Assembly (NCBI GenBank): GCA_964016885.1
Contig: OZ024759.1
Span: forward strand, 8,928,001-8,992,000
Length of the DNA: 64,000 nt
Source of the DNA: Eledone cirrhosa
Taxonomy: Eukaryota
Direction: 5' to 3'
The notes under the pieces are model-generated. The model made no database searches and was not told where the DNA came from. It saw only the letters and a program-made list of their open reading frames with translations. A program made the translations under genes and the position numbers. Of the stretch, positions 1-15,332 are shown piece after piece (positions within the stretch are counted from its first letter, which is position 1; the number at the start of each line of letters is the position of its first letter).

Positions 1-978
1 TCGACCCCGTAAGGATGAAAGGCAAAGTCAACCTCGGTGGGATTTGAACTCAGATCGTAAAGGGACGTAACTATGCGGGAAAGCATGGCGTCCGACCCTC
101 TGCCAATCCACCGCCCTTATCAAACATAAAATTTATATCAAACATAAATAATAATAGGTAAATATCTTTAAGTCGTTTGGAAGCCTCGACAATGCAAATG
201 GGTAAATCTCCGGGTAACAAGATGCGGTGGTGGAGAGAGAGATGTAAGTGGGTGTACGTTGAGATGCGTGGCGTGTATAAGACGTGTAGAGGAATGAAGG
301 AAAGAGTATAAAGGATAAAATAAAAATAACAACACGAGAGAGAGTTACCTTGGGAGAGATTTAATTGTCCCTATATATTTCGGATTCACATCCATCAACT
401 GGGGGTTTTTTCCGGGGTGGGGGAAAGGTTGTCTGTCGGAAAGGTGCGAAACGCGTCCTCCGCTGTTTGTTGTTTTGAATATTACCCATTTGCATTGTCG
501 GGGCTTCCAAACGACTTAAAGATATTTACCTATTATTCCACAATGCTTCAAGCAAACTTCAATACTCTCTTATAAATAATTGTTTCTACTTTTGGCACAA
601 GGCCAGCAAGTACCCAGTGCATTACTGGTACTTTATTTTATCGACCCCGTAAGGATGAAAGGCAAAGTTAACCTCGGCGGGATTTGAACTCAGAATGGCA
701 AGGGCCGTAACTCTATGCATCAAAGCATGGCATCCAACCCTCTACCGATACTGCCAATTCACCGCCCTAATTCACCTACTCTCTTATAAATAATTGTTTC
801 TACTTTAGGCCCAAGGCCAGCAATTATCCCAGTGCATTACTGGTACTTTATTTTATCGACCCCGTAAGGATGAAAGGCAAAGTTAACCTCGGTGGGATTT
901 GAACTCAGATCATAAAGGGACGTAACTATGCTGGAAAGCATGGCGTCCGACCCTCTACCGATACTGCCAATCCGTTGC
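1..978 (-). mobile_element. Cluster of three tRNA-derived SINE copies (family B): about 1-118, 575-770 and 790-978
   Basis: B-box gagttcaaatcc on the minus strand; central gcctttcatccttacggggtcgataaa resembles the Nin/Deu SINE domain; (tta) tail. Confidence 0.8.
150..574. mobile_element. Penelope-like fold-back fragment with a variant hammerhead (369-404, minus)
   Basis: Inverted arms 150-205 and 482-537; same family as 38523-38940. Confidence 0.6.
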
Positions 979-1115
979 CAAAGTTTGTTTCAGGAATGTC
1001 CATACTTATCCTTTTTTCCATTGAGAGGGTTTTTTAAAATCCTAACTAACAAACTCTTTAGTCAAATATGACGTAAGCACATGTTACTACCTAATATATA
1101 TATATATAATATTAC

Positions 1116-1530
1116 TTCAAAATATTAATAAATATAGACATTCATGTTATCAAATATATTTTATTATATATATTTCAGAGGTACTGAGCTATTTCAACAG
1201 TACGTCCTCATCAGATAAAATAAATTGATATCTGACATACCTCAACTGTGCTGATGGTTCAATTCCAGTCTTGGCAGTCAGAATTGAACCATCAGCACAG
1301 TTGAGGTATGTCAGACATCAATTTATTTTATCTGATGAGGACGTACTGAGGAAACAGCTCTGTACCTCTGAAATATATATAATAAAATATATTTGATAAC
1401 ATGAATGTCTATATTTATTAATATTTTGAATTAATATTAATAACTCCAGAAAACTTCATTGTTGAGTGCTTCTAATCTATTGTGAAACTATATTCATTGA
1501 TTAATTAATGAACCTTGTTTAACTTTTGGT
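1116..1530. mobile_element. Penelope-like fold-back element with a type I hammerhead in each arm
   Basis: 150-bp arms 1116-1265 and 1281-1430; CTGATGA...GAAA-tatata-TA; flanked by (TA)n. Confidence 0.75.
1324..1389 (+). ncRNA. Type I hammerhead ribozyme motif
   Basis: stem I tattttat/ataaaata; CUGAUGA; stem II ggacgtac..gtacctct; GAAA; palindromic loop III; UA cleavage site. Confidence 0.75.
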
Positions 1531-1555
<25 letters not shown>

Positions 1556-1563
<8 letters not shown>

Positions 1564-1785
1564 ATACTTTGGGAGGGTCATGTTGCCAATAAGAAACACA
1601 CGCACCAGTTGCTTTCACTTCAATTTATTATAAATTAAATTTATAAATTTATTATAATAAATTGAAGTGAAAACAACTGGTGCGTGTGTTTCTTATTGGC
1701 AACATGACCCTCCCAAAGTATAACAATATCGGTTTCAACACACGTTTTCAGATAAAGAATCTCGCTAAACAAATTCAGAAACGAT
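1556..1785. mobile_element. Fold-back Penelope-like terminus (family of 22750-23183)
   Basis: About 78-bp inverted arms; near-identical to 22755-22890; between (TA)n tracts. Confidence 0.65.
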
Positions 1786-2244
1786 ATATATATAGTTATG
1801 TAATAAACAACATAAGGCAATTATTCCATTTACCAGTGGTTTCTTAAAAGCAAAAAAATTTTGCTTTCAATCATCAGAATGAAAAAATCTCGGTGTATTT
1901 ATTGGCGTTGGATTTTAAAAACCTATATATATATATATTGCTTGGCTTGTTGTTCTTTTCGCTGTTTTCTTTCTGTTTTCTCTTTTCTTCCTTTTTGCTT
2001 TCCTTCCCTCCCTCCTCCGTTTTTCCCAATAACTTCTCCAGTTATTGACGCCCGGGGGTGAGATATATTGTCTTTAAAGTGTAGAAATATCCGACAACCC
2101 CAGTAGACAACTGATGAGGAAACCGCCACCCCCCCTTCTTGCTTTCTTCGTATTCCCACTGCATTTAGCATTTTAAGTTATATATATATATATATATATA
2201 TATAGTTTTATCATCATTGTGTGTATGAGATAGTTTGCCACAGT

Positions 2245-2365
2245 AATAATTGTTTCTACTTTTGGCACAAGGCCAGAAATTATCCCAGTGTATTACTGGT
2301 ACTTTATTTTATCAACCCCGTAAGGATGAAAGGCAAAGCTAACCTCGGCGGGATTTGAAATCAAA
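2245..2365 (-). mobile_element. SINE family B, 3' fragment
   Basis: Matches 575-690. Confidence 0.8.
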
Positions 2366-2410
2366 TCTATTTTCTAATCTCTGTTTATGTTTGTTGTAAT
2401 CCTGCAATCC

Positions 2411-2483
2411 ACACCTGATGACATTGCCAAAGTCTTACGTAATGTTTGATGATGTAATTAAGCTATTGAAATACATATTGTGT
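2411..2483 (+). ncRNA. Hammerhead-like motif with an extended stem II region
   Basis: acac-CTGATGA-cattgc..gtaatg...GAAA-tacata-TT-gtgt. Confidence 0.5.
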
Positions 2484-2667
2484 TTTTGCAACATTAAAAA
2501 ATATTTCGAGCCTCGCCTTCTATTGTTTTTAAACACACACATGCTAGCGTGGAATATGGACGTTAAACAATGATGATGATGATGATGATATATATATATA
2601 CACACATAATTTTCTCATTATCATGTAAATGTAGAATTCTGTATTTATAAGTTTTGTTTCTTTACAG

Positions 2668-2767
2668 GATACCCCAAAGATGAGAATAATTAATATTTTT
2701 CCTCAGCCAGATGTTACAGATCTAGAGGTTAACAGTAATGCAAAAGTTCTCTATAGATTATTGGATG
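2668..2767 (+). CDS. Cadherin-repeat protein, internal exon A (DTPKMRIINIFPQPDVTDLEVNSNAKVLYRLLD-G)
   Basis: tttacag acceptor and gtaggt donor; cadherin-like D.e.N.nA.v.Y segment; phase 1 end matches the next exon. Confidence 0.8.
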
Positions 2768-2802
2768 GTAGGTGCAAATCAAAATACTTTCAATATATCT
2801 TC

Positions 2803-4142
2803 TTCTTCGGCCGAGTTTACACTCACAAAGATACTCGGATACGACATGAGCCACAGTCTCCTCTCTCTCTCCACAGACCCTAAACAGTGAGCTACCCTCC
2901 TTCTTGTCAATATGGGGTTTCACCCATTTCGTTCTGAGGGCTTGCTTTTGTGCAGCCATTAGCATTCCTTCTGTAGCTTTTTTAAGGTCTCCTCTTTTTA
3001 ACCAGCTCCATGACTGTGGATCTCTCAATTCCAATTTCTTTAAAGAAGGTGCTATGAAGGGATTTTTCATGAAGGTTGCTCTTCCTCTTTGGACATCCCC
3101 TGGTCTATTGTCTTCTCCTTCAGTACAATTTTGAGTATTGGCTCCCTACTGTCAGACACATATTTGTGTAGACTGCTCTTCTCCATCTGAACAAAGTCCT
3201 CTATGCTGATAAGACCTCTTCCACCTTCAGATCTCTTTAAGTACAGTCTATCAACATCGCTCCTCTTGTGGAACATGCTGTAGATAATCATTAGCTTCCT
3301 AGTCTTTCTATCCATTTCTTTTTGTTCAGTAACATTCTATTTCAGAATTCCTGCACTGTACCTAATAATAGACACAACTCGGGAATTTACTACACTTTTG
3401 ACATTCCTACTATTTAGATGTGATTTTAGTATGTTCCTTACTCACCTTATGTATTCAGATCTTATCAATTCCTTCATTTTATTGTTCTTGATGTCATCTG
3501 CCGCCAGAACACCCAAATATTTGTATCCCGCTTCAGTGTCAATTTCCTTTATCCTCTCACCTGTTGGTACCTGGATTCCGTTGCTTCTGCTCAATTTACC
3601 CCTATTCATCACTAGGACTCCACACTTATTAACACCACATTCCATACATATGGCTTAGTGGTTAGAGCATTGGCCTTGCAATTGAAAGGTTGCAGGTTCA
3701 ATTCTCAGACCGGGTGATGTGTTGTTTCCTTGAGCAAGACACTTTATTTCACATTGCTCCAGTTTACTCAGCTGTAGAAATGAGATGATAGGGACTGGGG
3801 TCCCTATCATTCCACTGCAAAGTGGACGTGGAGGTGCCACGGCAAAAAAGCACCCAGCACTCACTGTAAATGAGGTTGGTGTTAGGAAGGGCATCCAGCT
3901 GTAGAAATCAAGCCAGAATCAGTTCCCGTCTCACTCTTGCAAGCAGGGAAAAAGTGTACGTAAAATGAAATGATGATGATATCATTGCTGAAAATACAGA
4001 CAGTTTTAACAAGTACATCCAACTCCTCGCTTTTCCCAAATAGTTTTAGATCGTCTGTGAAGAGGAGGTGGTTGATGGTAAGCTCTCCTCTTCCCAGCTT
4101 GTATCCTGCTTTCACTTTTTGCAATATGAGGGACAAGGAAAT
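2803..4142 (-). mobile_element. Decayed R4/Dong-like non-LTR retrotransposon fragment, interrupted by a SINE
   Basis: INHLLFTDDLKL, YKYLG, LYLKRSEGGRGL and AAQKQALRT...RVCGEREETVAHVVSE in broken frames. Confidence 0.75.
3648..3980 (+). mobile_element. tRNA-derived SINE (family A), full length
   Basis: A-box tggcttagtgg, B-box ggttcaattc, central ccttgagcaagacactt, (tga)n tail; 4 copies in the window. Confidence 0.88.
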
Positions 4143-5315
4143 GACTGTCGTGCCTTGTCCCAAACTCCATCTGACTGCAGTGGAGCGTTTGCCCTTCCAA
4201 TTTTTGTTCTGATGGTCAGGTGGTCCATCTGCTGCCAACAACCCCTGCGTGGAGGACTGGGAATGCTGTGGCTAATGATTTTCAGACATGCACTGAGGCT
4301 ATGCTATCTCCATCTTTTCCTTAACAGTGAACAGGTGTGGTTATCTTTCACCAGATACATGTTTCTCCAGTTCATATCCTTAATGGAGCTACAGTCCTGG
4401 GTCAAGCGGAGACCAAGGAAGAGCACTTGGAAAATGTCTCCAGGCACTTACAGCCCTTCAACAATCGGGCAATAAGATCGGTGGAAACACCACCTTGGCA
4501 TTCTATAGAGGGTTAGTGGCAGATAAAAGTGACATCATTCTTAAGGAAACTCTAGACATTGAAGAAAATCAACTAGTAACTCTTTTCGGAAGGACTTTCG
4601 GTCCATGGGCGTGGATAATTTCCAGAAATCTCTGGCATGGAAGTGCTACCGAGGAGCTTTGCCAGTTCAAAATAAACTCTACAGACATGGAAGTGCTGTC
4701 AGCTGGGCCTGTCTGGGGTGCGTGCAGGATGACAAAACTGTCCTGCACACAATCATTCAGTGTCTGAGCATTGCTGACTTGTGGGTTTATTTTGAACACC
4801 TGCTGTCATGTGTAGGACAAATTTGGTTATCAACCGAGTCCATTGTGAAGATTGTTCCGCCGCCTTCTTTGTGTCTTGTGGCCATGGTGAAAGAGGTTGT
4901 ATGGTGAACACACTTGAAAGATTTGAAGATGACCAGTTTCCTCTTTAGAGAAACCCTGATTAACTTCTTTAGATTCCCCTTGAGGAAGAAAATAAGGGTA
5001 GAGAGTGAGGTGCTGCCTTCTCAGCAATTTGTTGAAAGGTGGGTGAGTGAAGCGAGCATGGCTCGAGTGAATGGGCCCACTCTGAGTGTGAGCCTGTAGA
5101 TTGGAGGAGTACAACTGGGACAGGGCACTTACCCTAAAGATCAGGGCATCCATGGTTTTATGGGTTTTTTTTTTTCCATGAATGACCCTCAAACATCTCC
5201 TCCCTATTGAGGAGCCTTCTTTGTTTTAGTTTTATTATTATCTTTTTTAACATTGTTAAAATTTGTTTACACGCCCCCCTCCTCCCACACACACATACAC
5301 ACATATACTCACACC

Positions 5316-5355
<40 letters not shown>

Positions 5356-5420
5356 ATGTTTTCATCCTGTGCTGTCATAATGTATTTCTTGATGTGGACC
5401 CTTTGTGGTTAATAAAGAAA
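4143..5420 (+). mobile_element. Decayed 5'-truncated Tx1-clade LINE (ORF2 C-terminus plus 3'UTR)
   Basis: VRWSICCQQPLRGGLGM, DNFQKSLAWKCYRGALPV and ERWV...RVNG homologous to 50611-54048; ends gtggttaataaagaaa. Confidence 0.9.
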
Positions 5421-5452
5421 TTATTATTATGATTATTATAAATATATTCCAG

Positions 5453-5565
5453 GCGCCCCTAAATCTTTTACGGACTATTTTCAATTTGATACGACTTTGA
5501 GAAATTTGAAGCTGATAAAACCATTGAAAAAGAATTTCTTCAACAACTTCACAGCAACACTGAGG
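5453..5565 (+). CDS. Cadherin-repeat protein, exon B (APKSFTDYFQFDTTLRNLKLIKPLKKNFFNNFTATLR)
   Basis: ttccag acceptor and gtaagt donor; phase 1 to 0; F.id...l.l.kpL pattern. Confidence 0.85.
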
Positions 5566-5582
5566 GTAAGTCAATTAGCTTG

Positions 5583-8500
5583 TTGTATATATACATGCAT
5601 TGAACATACCTGTCTGTGTATATACACACACATATAGATGTATATACATGCATTGAACATACTTCTTTGTGTATATACACAGACATATAGATGTATATAC
5701 ATACATTGAACATACCTGTCTGTGTATATACACACACATATAGATGTATATACATGCATTGAACATACTTCTTTGTGTATATACACAGACATATAGATGT
5801 ATATACATGCATTGAACATACTTCTTTGTGTATATACACACACATATAGATGTATATGCATGCATTGAACATACTTCTATGTGTATATACACACACATAT
5901 AGATGTATATACATGCATTGAACATACCTGTCTGTGTATATACACACACATATAGATGTATGTACATGCATTGAACATACCTGTCTGTGTATATACACAC
6001 ACATATAGATGCATATACATGCATTGAACATACCTGTCTGTGTATATATACACACACATATAGATGTATATACATGCATTGAACATACCTGTCTGTGTAT
6101 ATACACACACATATAGATGTATATACATGCATTGAACATACCTGTCTGTGTATATACACAGACATATAGATGTATATACATGCATTGAACATACCTGTCT
6201 GTGTATATACACACACATATAGAGGCATATACATGCATTGAACATACCTGTCTGTGTATATACACAGACATATAGATGTATATACATGCATTGAACATAC
6301 CTGTCTGTGTATATACACACACATATAGATGTATATACATGCATTGAACATACTTCTTTGTGTATATACACAGACATATAGATGTATATACATACATTGA
6401 ACATACCTGTCTGTGTATATACACACACATATAGATGTATATACATGCATTGAACATACTTCTTTGTGTATATACACAGACATATAGATGTATATACATG
6501 CATTGAACATACTTCTTTGTGTATATACACACACATATAGATGTATATGCATGCATTGAACATACTTCTATGTGTATATACACACACATATAGATGTATA
6601 TACATGCATTGAACATACCTGTCTGTGTATATACACACACATATAGATGTATATACATGCATTGAACATACCTGTCTGTGTATATACACACACATATAGA
6701 GGCATATACATGCATTGAACATACCTGTCTGTGTATATACACAGACATATAGATGTATATACATGCATTGAACATACCTGTCTGTGTATATACACACACA
6801 TATAGATGTATATACATGCATTGAACATACTTCTTTGTGTATATACACAGACATATAGATGTATATACATACATTGAACATACCTGTCTGTGTATATACA
6901 CACACATATAGATGTATATACATGCATTGAACATACTTCTTTGTGTATATACACAGACATATAGATGTATATACATGCATTGAACATACTTCTTTGTGTA
7001 TATACACACACATATAGATGTATATGCATGCATTGAACATACTTCTATGTGTATATACACACACATATAGATGTATATACATGCATTGAACATACCTGTC
7101 TGTGTATATACACACACATATAGATGTATGTACATGCATTGAACATACCTGTCTGTGTATATACACACACATATAGATGCATATACATGCATTGAACATA
7201 CCTGTCTGTGTATATATACACACACATATAGATGTATATACATGCATTGAACATACCTGTCTGTGTATATACACACACATATAGATGTATATACATGCAT
7301 TGAACATACCTGTCTGTGTATATACACACACATATAGATGTATATACATGCATTGAACATACCTGTCTGTGTATATACACAGACATATAGATGTATATAC
7401 ATACATTGAACATACCTGTCTGTGTATATACACACACATATAGATGTATATACATGCATTGAACATACTTCTATGTGTATATACACACACATATAGATGT
7501 ATATACATGCATTGAACATACCTGTCTGTGTATATACACACACATATAGATGTATATACATGCATTGAACATACCTGTCTGTGTATATACACACACATAT
7601 AGATGTATATACATGCATTGAACATACCTGTCTGTGTATATACACACACATATAGATGTATGTACATGCATTGAACATACCTGTCTGTGTATATACACAC
7701 ACATATAGATGCATATACATGCATTGAACATACCTGTCTGTGTATATATACACACACATATAGATGTATATACATGCATTGAACATACCTGTCTGTGTAT
7801 ATACACACACATATAGATGTATATACATGCATTGAACATACCTGTCTGTGTATATACACACACATATAGATGTATATACATGCATTGAACATACCTGTCT
7901 GTGTATATACACAGACATATAGATGTATATACATACATTGAACATACCTGTCTGTGTATATACACACACATATAGATGTATATACATGCATTGAACATAC
8001 TTCTATGTGTATATACACACACATATAGATGTATATACATGCATTGAACATACCTGTCTGTGTATATACACACACATATAGATGTATATACATGCATTGA
8101 ACATACCTGTCTGTGTATATACACACACATATAGATGTATATACATGCATTGAACATACCTGTCTGTGTATATACACACACATATAGATGTATATACATA
8201 CATTGAACATACCTGTCTGTGTATATACACACACATATAGATGCATATACATGCATTGAACATACTTCTTTGTGTATATACACACACATAGATGCATATA
8301 CATGCATTGAACATACCTGTCTGCGTATATACACACACATATAGATGTATATACATGCATTGAACATACTTCTTTGTGTATATACACAGACATATAGATG
8401 TATATACATACATTGAACATACCTGTCTGTGTATATACACACACATATAGATGTATATACATGCATTGAACATACCTGTCTGTGTATATACACAGACATA

Positions 8501-11500
8501 TAGATGTATATACATACATTGAACATACCTGTCTGTGTATATACACACACATATAGATGTATATACATGCATTGAACATACTTCTTTGTGTATATACACA
8601 CACATATAGATGTATATACATGCATTGAACATACTTCTATGTGTATATACACAGACATATAGATGTATATACATGCATTGAACATACCTGTCTGTGTATA
8701 TACACAGACATATAGATGTATATACATACATTGAACATACCTGTCTGTGTATATACACACACATATAGATGTATATACATGCATTGAACATACTTCTATG
8801 TGTATATACACACACATATAGATGTATATACATGCATTGAACATACCTGTCTGTGTATATACACAGACATATAGATGTATATACATACATTGAACATACC
8901 TGTCTGTGTATATACACACACATATAGATGCATATACATACATTGAACATACCTGTCTGTGTATATACACAGACATATAGATGTATATACATGCATTGAA
9001 CATACTTCTATGTGTATATACACAGACATATAGATGTATATACATGCATTGAACATACCTGTCTGTGTATATACACAGACATATAGATGCATATACATGC
9101 ATTGAACATACCTGTCTGTGTATATACACACACACATATAGATGCATATACATACATTGAACATACCTGTCTGTGTATATACACACACATATAGATGTAT
9201 ATACATGCATTGAACATACCTGTCTGTGTATATACACACACATATAGATGTATATACATGCATTGAACATACCTGTCTGTGTATATACACACACATATAG
9301 ATGTATATACATACATTGAACATACCTGTCTGTGTATATACACACACATATAGATGTATATACATGCATTGAACATACTTCTATGTGTATATACACACAC
9401 ATATAGATGTATATACATGCATTGAACATACTTCTATGTGTATATACACACACATATAGATGTATATACATGCATTGAACATACCTGTCTATGTATATAC
9501 ACAGACATATAGATGTATATACATGCATTGAACATACCTGTCTGTGTATATACACACACATATAGATGTATATACATGCATTGAACATACTTCTTTGTGT
9601 ATATACACACACATATAGATGCATATACATGCATTGAACATACCTGTCTGTGTATATACACACACATATAGATGTATATACATGCATTGAACATACCTCT
9701 CTGTGTATATACACACACATATAGATGCATATACATGCATTGAACATACTTCTATGTGTATATACACACACATATAGATGTATATACATGCATTGAACAT
9801 ACCTGTCTGTGTATATACACAGACATATAGATGTATATACATACATTGATCATACCTGTCTGTGTATATACACACACATATAGATGTATATACATGCATT
9901 GAACATACCTGTCTGTGTATATACACACACATATAGATGTATATACATGCATTGAACATACTTCTTTGTGTATATACACACACATATAGATGCATATACA
10001 TGCATTGAACATACTTCTATGTGTATATACACACGCATATAGATGTATATATGCATTGAACATACCTGTCTGTGTATATACACACACATATAGATGTATA
10101 TACATGCATTGAACATACCTGTCTGTGTTTATACACACACATATAGATGTATATACATGCATTGAACATACCTGTCTGTGTATATACACACACATATAGA
10201 TGTATATACATGCATTGAACATACCTGTCTGTGTATATACACAGACATATAGATGTATATACATGCATTGAACATACCTGTCTGTGTATATACACACACA
10301 TATAGATGTATATACATGCATTGAACATACTTCTTTGTGTATATACACACACATATAGATGTATATGCATGCATTGAACATACTTCTATGTGTATATACA
10401 CACACATATAGATGCATATACATGCATTGAACATACTTCTTTGTGTATATACACACACATATAGATGTATATATATGCATTGAACATACCTGTCTGTGTA
10501 TATACACACACATATAGATGTATATACATGCATTGAACATACTTCTATGTGTATATACATGCATTGAACATACCTGTCTGTGTATATACACAGACATATA
10601 GATGTATATACATGCATTGAACATACTTCTATGTGTATATACACACACATATAGATGTATATACATGCATTGAACATACTTCTTTGTGTATATACACACA
10701 CATATAGATGTATATACATGCATTGAACATACCTGTCTGTGTATATACACACACATATAGATGTATATACATGCATTGAACATACCTGTCTGTGTATATA
10801 CACACACATATGTATATACATGCATTGAACATACTTCTATGTGTATATACACACACATATAGATGTATATACATGCATTGAACATACCTGTCTGTGTATA
10901 TACACACACATATAGATGTATATACATGCATTGAACATACCTGTCTGTGTATATACACACACATATAGATGTATATACATGCATTGAACATACTTCTATG
11001 TGTATATACACACACATATAGATGTATATACATGCATTGAACATACCTGTCTGTGTATATACACAGACATATAGATGTATATACATGCATTGAACATACC
11101 TGTCTGTGTATATACACACACATATAGATGTATATACATGCATTGAACATACTTCTTTGTGTATATACACACACATATAGATGCATATACATGCATTGAA
11201 CATACTTCTATGTGTATATACACACACATATAGATGTATATATGCATTGAACATACCTGTCTGTGTATATACACACACATATAGATGTATATACATGCAT
11301 TGAACATACCTGTCTGTGTATATACACACACATATAGATGTATATACATGCATTGAACATACCTGTCTGTGTATATACACACACATATAGATGTATATAC
11401 ATGCATTGAACATACCTGTCTGTGTATATACACAGACATATAGATGTATATACATGCATTGAACATACCTGTCTGTGTATATACACACACATATAGATGT

Positions 11501-14500
11501 ATATACATGCATTGAACATACTTCTATGTGTATATACACACACATATAGATGTATATACATGCATTGAACATACCTGTCTGTGTATATACACAGACATAT
11601 AGATGTATATACATGCATTGAACATACCTGTCTGTGTATATACACACACATATAGATGTATATACATGCATTGAACATACTTCTTTGTGTATATACACAC
11701 ACATATAGATGTATATGCATGCATTGAACATACTTCTATGTGTATATACACACACATATAGATGTATATATGCATTGAACATACCTGTCTGTGTATATAC
11801 ACACACATATAGATGTATATACATGCATTGAACATACCTGTCTGTGTATATACACACACATATAGATGTATATACATGCATTGAACATACCTGTCTGTGT
11901 ATATACACACACATATAGATGTATATACATGCATTGAACATACCTGTCTGTGTATATACACAGACATATAGATGTATATACATGCATTGAACATACCTGT
12001 CTGTGTATATACACACACATATAGATGTATATACATGCATTGAACATACTTCTATGTGTATATACACACACATATAGATGTATATACATGCATTGAACAT
12101 ACCTGTCTGTGTATATACACAGACATATAGATGTATATACATGCATTGAACATACCTGTCTGTGTATATACACACACATATAGATGTATATACATGCATT
12201 GAACATACTTCTTTGTGTATATACACACACATATAGATGTATATGCATGCATTGAACATACTTCTATGTGTATATACACACACATATAGATGTATATATG
12301 CATTGAACATACCTGTCTGTGTATATACACACACATATAGATGTATATACATGCATTGAACATACCTGTCTGTGTATATACACACACATATAGATGTATA
12401 TACATGCATTGAACATACCTGTCTGTGTATATACACACACATATAGATGTATATACATGCATTGAACATACCTGTCTGTGTATATACAGAGACATATAGA
12501 TGTATATACATGCATTGAACATACCTGTCTGTGTATATACACACACATATAGATGTATATACATGCATTGAACATACTTCTATGTGTATATACACACACA
12601 TATAGATGTATATACATGCATTGAATATACTTCTATGTGTATATACACACACATATAGATGTATATACATGCATTGAACATACCTGTCTGTGTATATACA
12701 CACACATATAGATGTATATACATGCATTGAACATACCTGTCTGTGTATATACACAGACATATAGATGTATATACATGCATTGAACATACCTGTCTGTGTA
12801 TATACACACACATATAGATGTATATACATGCATTGAACATACTTCTTTGTGTATATACACACACATATAGATGTATATGCATGCATTGAACATACTTCTA
12901 TGTGTATATACACACACATATAGATGCATATACATGCATTGAACATACTTCTTTGTGTATATACACACACATATAGATGTATATATATGCATTGAACATA
13001 CCTGTCTGTGTATATACACACACATATAGATGTATATACATGCATTGAACATACTTCTATGTGTATATACATGCATTGAACATACCTGTCTGTGTATATA
13101 CACAGACATATAGATGTATATACATGCATTGAACATACCTGTCTGTGTATATACACACACATATAGATGTATATACATGCATTGAACATACTTCTATGTG
13201 TATATACACACACATATAGATGTATATACATGCATTGAACATACTTCTTTGTGTATATACACACACATATAGATGTATATACATGCATTGAACATACCTG
13301 TCTGTGTATATACACACACATATAGATGTATATACATGCATTGAACATACCTGTCTGTGTATATACACACACATATAGATGTATATACATGCATTGAACA
13401 TACTTCTATGTGTATATACACACACATATAGATGTATATACATGCATTGAACATACCTGTCTGTGTATATACACACACATATAGATGTATATACATGCAT
13501 TGAACATACCTGTCTGTGTATATACACACACATATAGATGTATATACATGCATTGAACATACTTCTATGTGTATATACACACACATATAGATGTATATAC
13601 ATGCATTGAACATACCTGTCTGTGTATATACACAGACATATAGATGTATATACATGCATTGAACATACCTGTCTGTGTATATACACACACATATAGATGT
13701 ATATACATGCATTGAACATACTTCTTTGTGTATATACACACACATATAGATGCATATACATGCATTGAACATACTTCTATGTGTATATACACACACATAT
13801 AGATGTATATATGCATTGAACATACCTGTCTGTGTATATACACACACATATAGATGTATATACATGCATTGAACATACCTGTCTGTGTATATACACACAC
13901 ATATAGATGTATATGCATGCATTGAACATACTTCTATGTGTATATACACACACATATAGATGTATATATGCATTGAACATACCTGTCTGTGTATATACAC
14001 ACACATATAGATGTATATACATGCATTGAACATACCTGTCTGTGTATATACACACACATATAGATGTATATACATGCATTGAACATACCTGTCTGTGTAT
14101 ATACACACACATATAGATGTATATACATGCATTGAACATACCTGTCTGTGTATATACACAGACATATAGATGTATATACATGCATTGAACATACCTGTCT
14201 GTGTATATACACACACATATAGATGTATATACATGCATTGAACATACTTCTATGTGTATATACACACACATATAGATGTATATACATGCATTGAACATAC
14301 CTGTCTGTGTATATACACACACATATAGATGTATATACATGCATTGAACATACCTGTCTGTGTATATACACACACATATAGATGTATATACATGCATTGA
14401 ACATACCTGTCTGTGTATATACACACACATATAGATGTATATACATGCATTGAACATACTTCTTTGTGTATATACACACACATATAGATGTATATGCATG

Positions 14501-14957
14501 CATTGAACATACTTCTTTGTGTATATACACACACATATAGATGTATATACATGCATTGAACATACTTCTTTGTGTATATACACACACATATAGATGTATA
14601 TATGCATTGAACATACCTGTCTGTGTATATACACACACATATAGATGTATATACATGCATTGAACATACCTCTCTGTGTATATACACACACATATAGATG
14701 TATATACATGCATTGAACATACTTCTATGTGTATATACACACACATATAGATGTATATACATGCATTGAACATACCTGTCTGTGTATATACACACACATA
14801 TAGATGTATAAACATGCATTGAACATACCTCTCTGTGTATATACACACACATATAGATGTATATACATGCATTGAACATACTTCTATGTGTATATACACA
14901 CACATATAGATGTATATACATGCATTGAACATACTTCTTTGTGTATATACACACACA
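5583..14957. repeat. 53-bp satellite, about 9.4 kb (about 177 units)
   Basis: Unit atatagatgtatatacatgcattgaacatacctgtctgtgtatatacacacac; variants ctgtctg/ttctttg/ttctatg; remnants at 15288-15332 and 16495-16650. Confidence 0.98.
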
Positions 14958-15288
14958 TCATTTCATCATTTTATTTTACGTCCGCTTTTCCCTGCTTGCA
15001 AGGGTGGGATGGGAACTGATTCTGGCTTGAATTCTACAGCTGGATGCCCTTCCTAACACCAACCTCATTTACAGTGAGTGCTGGGTGCTTTTTTGCCATG
15101 GCACCTCCACGACCACTTTGCAGTGGAATGATAGGGACCCCAGTCCCTATCATCTCATTTCTACAGCTGAGTAAACTGGAACAATGTGAAATAAAGTCTC
15201 TTGCTCAAGGAAACAACACATCACCCGGTCTGAGAATTGAACTCACAACCTTTCGATTGCAAGGCCAATGCTCTAACCACTAAGCCAT
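14957..15288 (-). mobile_element. SINE family A inserted in the end of the satellite
   Basis: Reverse complement of 3648-3980. Confidence 0.9.
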
Positions 15289-15332
15289 AGATGTATATAC
15301 ATGCATTGAACATACCTCTTTGTGTATACACA

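Noticed and set aside
2030-2125. Hammerhead-like pieces (cagttattgac..., ctgatgaggaaac)
   Set aside because: No stem II or closing stem I; at best a decayed remnant.
3648-3720. tRNA gene
   Set aside because: Continues into a SINE body and tail, has multiple diverged copies and lacks a proper acceptor stem.
5549-14956. Long minus-strand ORFs (up to 1212 aa) rich in Y/I/C/V/M
   Set aside because: Translations of the stop-poor 53-bp satellite in all three frames; not genes.
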